From sequence record AH001323.2: DNA of 304 nucleotides; one strand, given 5' to 3'. Of the stretch, positions 1-304 are shown in pieces. The notes below the pieces were generated by a model. It was not told where the DNA came from, made no database searches, and saw only the letters and a program-made list of their open reading frames with translations. Position numbers and translations under genes: made by a program. Numbering within the stretch: position 1 is the stretch's first letter; each line of letters opens with the position of its first letter. The DNA is from a phage.

Positions 1-1
1 A

Positions 2-91
2 TTGGCTATTGAGCGGCGCACGAAAAACGCGAAAGCGTTTCACGATAAATGCGAAAACTTTAGCTGGATGGTGAGTGGTATCACGAGATAA
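2..91 (+). CDS. 3' end of an unidentified ORF, 5'-truncated by the window start; 29 sense codons then TAA
   Basis: Frame 2 is open from position 2 to TAA at 89-91, reading LAIERRTKNAKAFHDKCENFSWMVSGITR*. The + strand is purine-rich (62%), as expected for a sense strand. No homolog recognised. Frame 3 (3-71) and a minus-strand frame (43-141) are also open, so the frame and strand are not secure. Confidence 0.3.
   Translation: MAIERRTKNAKAFHDKCENFSWMVSGITR
19..56. repeat. two imperfect 16-bp direct repeats, CACGAAAAACGCGAAA (19-34) and CACGATAAATGCGAAA (41-56), 14/16 identical, 22-bp period
   Basis: Position-by-position alignment gives mismatches only at repeat positions 6 (A/T) and 10 (C/T). 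A 22-bp period is not a multiple of 3, so this is a DNA-level repeat rather than a repeated peptide. Confidence 0.6.
25..40. repeat. perfect inverted repeat AAACGC-GAAA-GCGTTT (6-bp stem, 4-nt GAAA loop), possible hairpin or dyad binding site
   Basis: GCGTTT (35-40) is the exact reverse complement of AAACGC (25-30). It is preceded by an A5 run (23-27, partly in the stem) and ends in T3, so on the minus strand it reads as hairpin plus T5. Confidence 0.5.
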
Positions 92-93
92 CG

Positions 94-150
94 ATGAACG
101 CGATTAAGCGAGGTGAAACACGAGGCTGTATTTACGGCAAAACNCGNAAA
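94..150 (+). CDS. 5' end of an unidentified ORF starting at ATG 94 and running into the assembly gap
   Basis: ATG at 94-96 is the first start codon in frame 1 after the in-frame TAG at 61-63. A weak Shine-Dalgarno-like GAGA lies at 85-88, 5 nt upstream. The frame is open to the gap, reading MNAIKRGETRGCIYGKTRK; codons ACN (142-144) and CGN (145-147) are unambiguous Thr and Arg despite the N. It sits 2 nt after the stop of the upstream ORF. No homolog recognised. Confidence 0.3.
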
Positions 151-250
151 NNNNNNNNNNNNNNNNNNNNNNNNNNNNNNNNNNNNNNNNNNNNNNNNNN
201 NNNNNNNNNNNNNNNNNNNNNNNNNNNNNNNNNNNNNNNNNNNNNNNNNN
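151..250. other. assembly or scaffold gap: 100 consecutive N, true length unknown
   Basis: An uninterrupted run of exactly 100 N, preceded by isolated ambiguous calls at 144 and 147, typical of a degraded contig end joined by a fixed-size placeholder. Confidence 0.9.
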
Positions 251-304
251 TCTGGAAGAAAAAGCAGTCAATTAATACATCGGTTTCATTTCGAAGCGCG
301 AGCT

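Noticed and set aside
25-40. Resemblance of the dyad to a LacI/GalR-family operator such as the PurR box
   Set aside because: The half-sites are separated by a 4-nt GAAA spacer rather than abutting at a central CG, so the arrangement does not match that operator class. A naming claim would need a binding test.
22-50. Possible sigma70 promoter using GATAAAT (44-50) as a -10 element
   Set aside because: ATAAAT matches TATAAT at only 3 of 6 positions and lacks the conserved A at position 2. The sequence about 17 bp upstream (GAAAAA) does not resemble TTGACA. TGGTATCAC at 76-84 lacks the invariant final T.
3-71. Second open + frame (frame 3, stop TGA at 72-74) reading WLLSGARKTRKRFTINAKTLAGW*
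   Set aside because: It overlaps the favoured frame-2 ORF and has no following start codon arrangement, whereas frame 2 ends 2 nt before an ATG with a Shine-Dalgarno-like element. A short open frame in a purine-rich window is expected by chance.
76-84. Possible DnaA box near GGTATCACG
   Set aside because: No register aligns acceptably with the TTATNCACA consensus.
43-141. Minus-strand ORF (33 sense codons, stop TGA at complement of 40-42) reading FAVNTASCFTSLNRVHRYLVIPLTIQLKFSHLS*
   Set aside because: Not called as a feature because the minus strand is pyrimidine-rich here, the frame uses several codons that are rare in enteric-type genomes (ATA, CTA, CTT), and it has no in-frame ATG in the visible part (only GTG at complement of 82-84). 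It is kept as an alternative because the hairpin plus T-run after its stop fits it.
266-271. Minus-strand TTGACT, a -35-like hexamer
   Set aside because: The matching -10 element would fall about 17 bp downstream on the minus strand, inside the N gap, so it cannot be evaluated. An isolated hexamer match is expected by chance.
272-289. Tiny minus-strand ORF ATGAAACCGATGTATTAA (MKPMY*)
   Set aside because: Five codons, no Shine-Dalgarno evidence and no conservation information; indistinguishable from chance.
94-304. Continuing the ATG-94 ORF across the gap into the frame that is open in the right flank
   Set aside because: The 100-N run is a placeholder of unknown true length and the flanks may not even be adjacent, so frame continuity across it is meaningless.

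Overview
The window is 304 nt, but only 197 nt are readable: a left flank (1-150, with ambiguous bases at 144 and 147), a run of exactly 100 N (151-250), and a 54-nt right flank (251-304). The N run looks like a scaffold-gap placeholder, so the two flanks need not be adjacent and no reading frame can be carried across it. I do not recognise either flank as a known gene, RNA, IS end or CRISPR repeat, and no function can be assigned from sequence alone. The left flank is purine-rich on the + strand (A48 G41 C25 T29 over 1-143 by hand count; 62% purine, 46% GC). My favoured but weak model is the 3' end of one + strand ORF (2-91, TAA at 89-91) followed 2 nt later by an ATG (94-96) opening a second + strand ORF that runs into the gap. 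The most distinctive signal is a pair of imperfect 16-bp direct repeats (19-34 and 41-56, 14/16 identical) on a 22-bp period that is not a multiple of three, with a 6-bp-stem GAAA-loop palindrome (25-40) nested in the first copy, plus several recurring short motifs. These could mark tandem protein-binding sites or an iteron-like element, but two copies in under 150 nt cannot establish that. Nothing here supports naming a new biological system; the window is too short and gapped.
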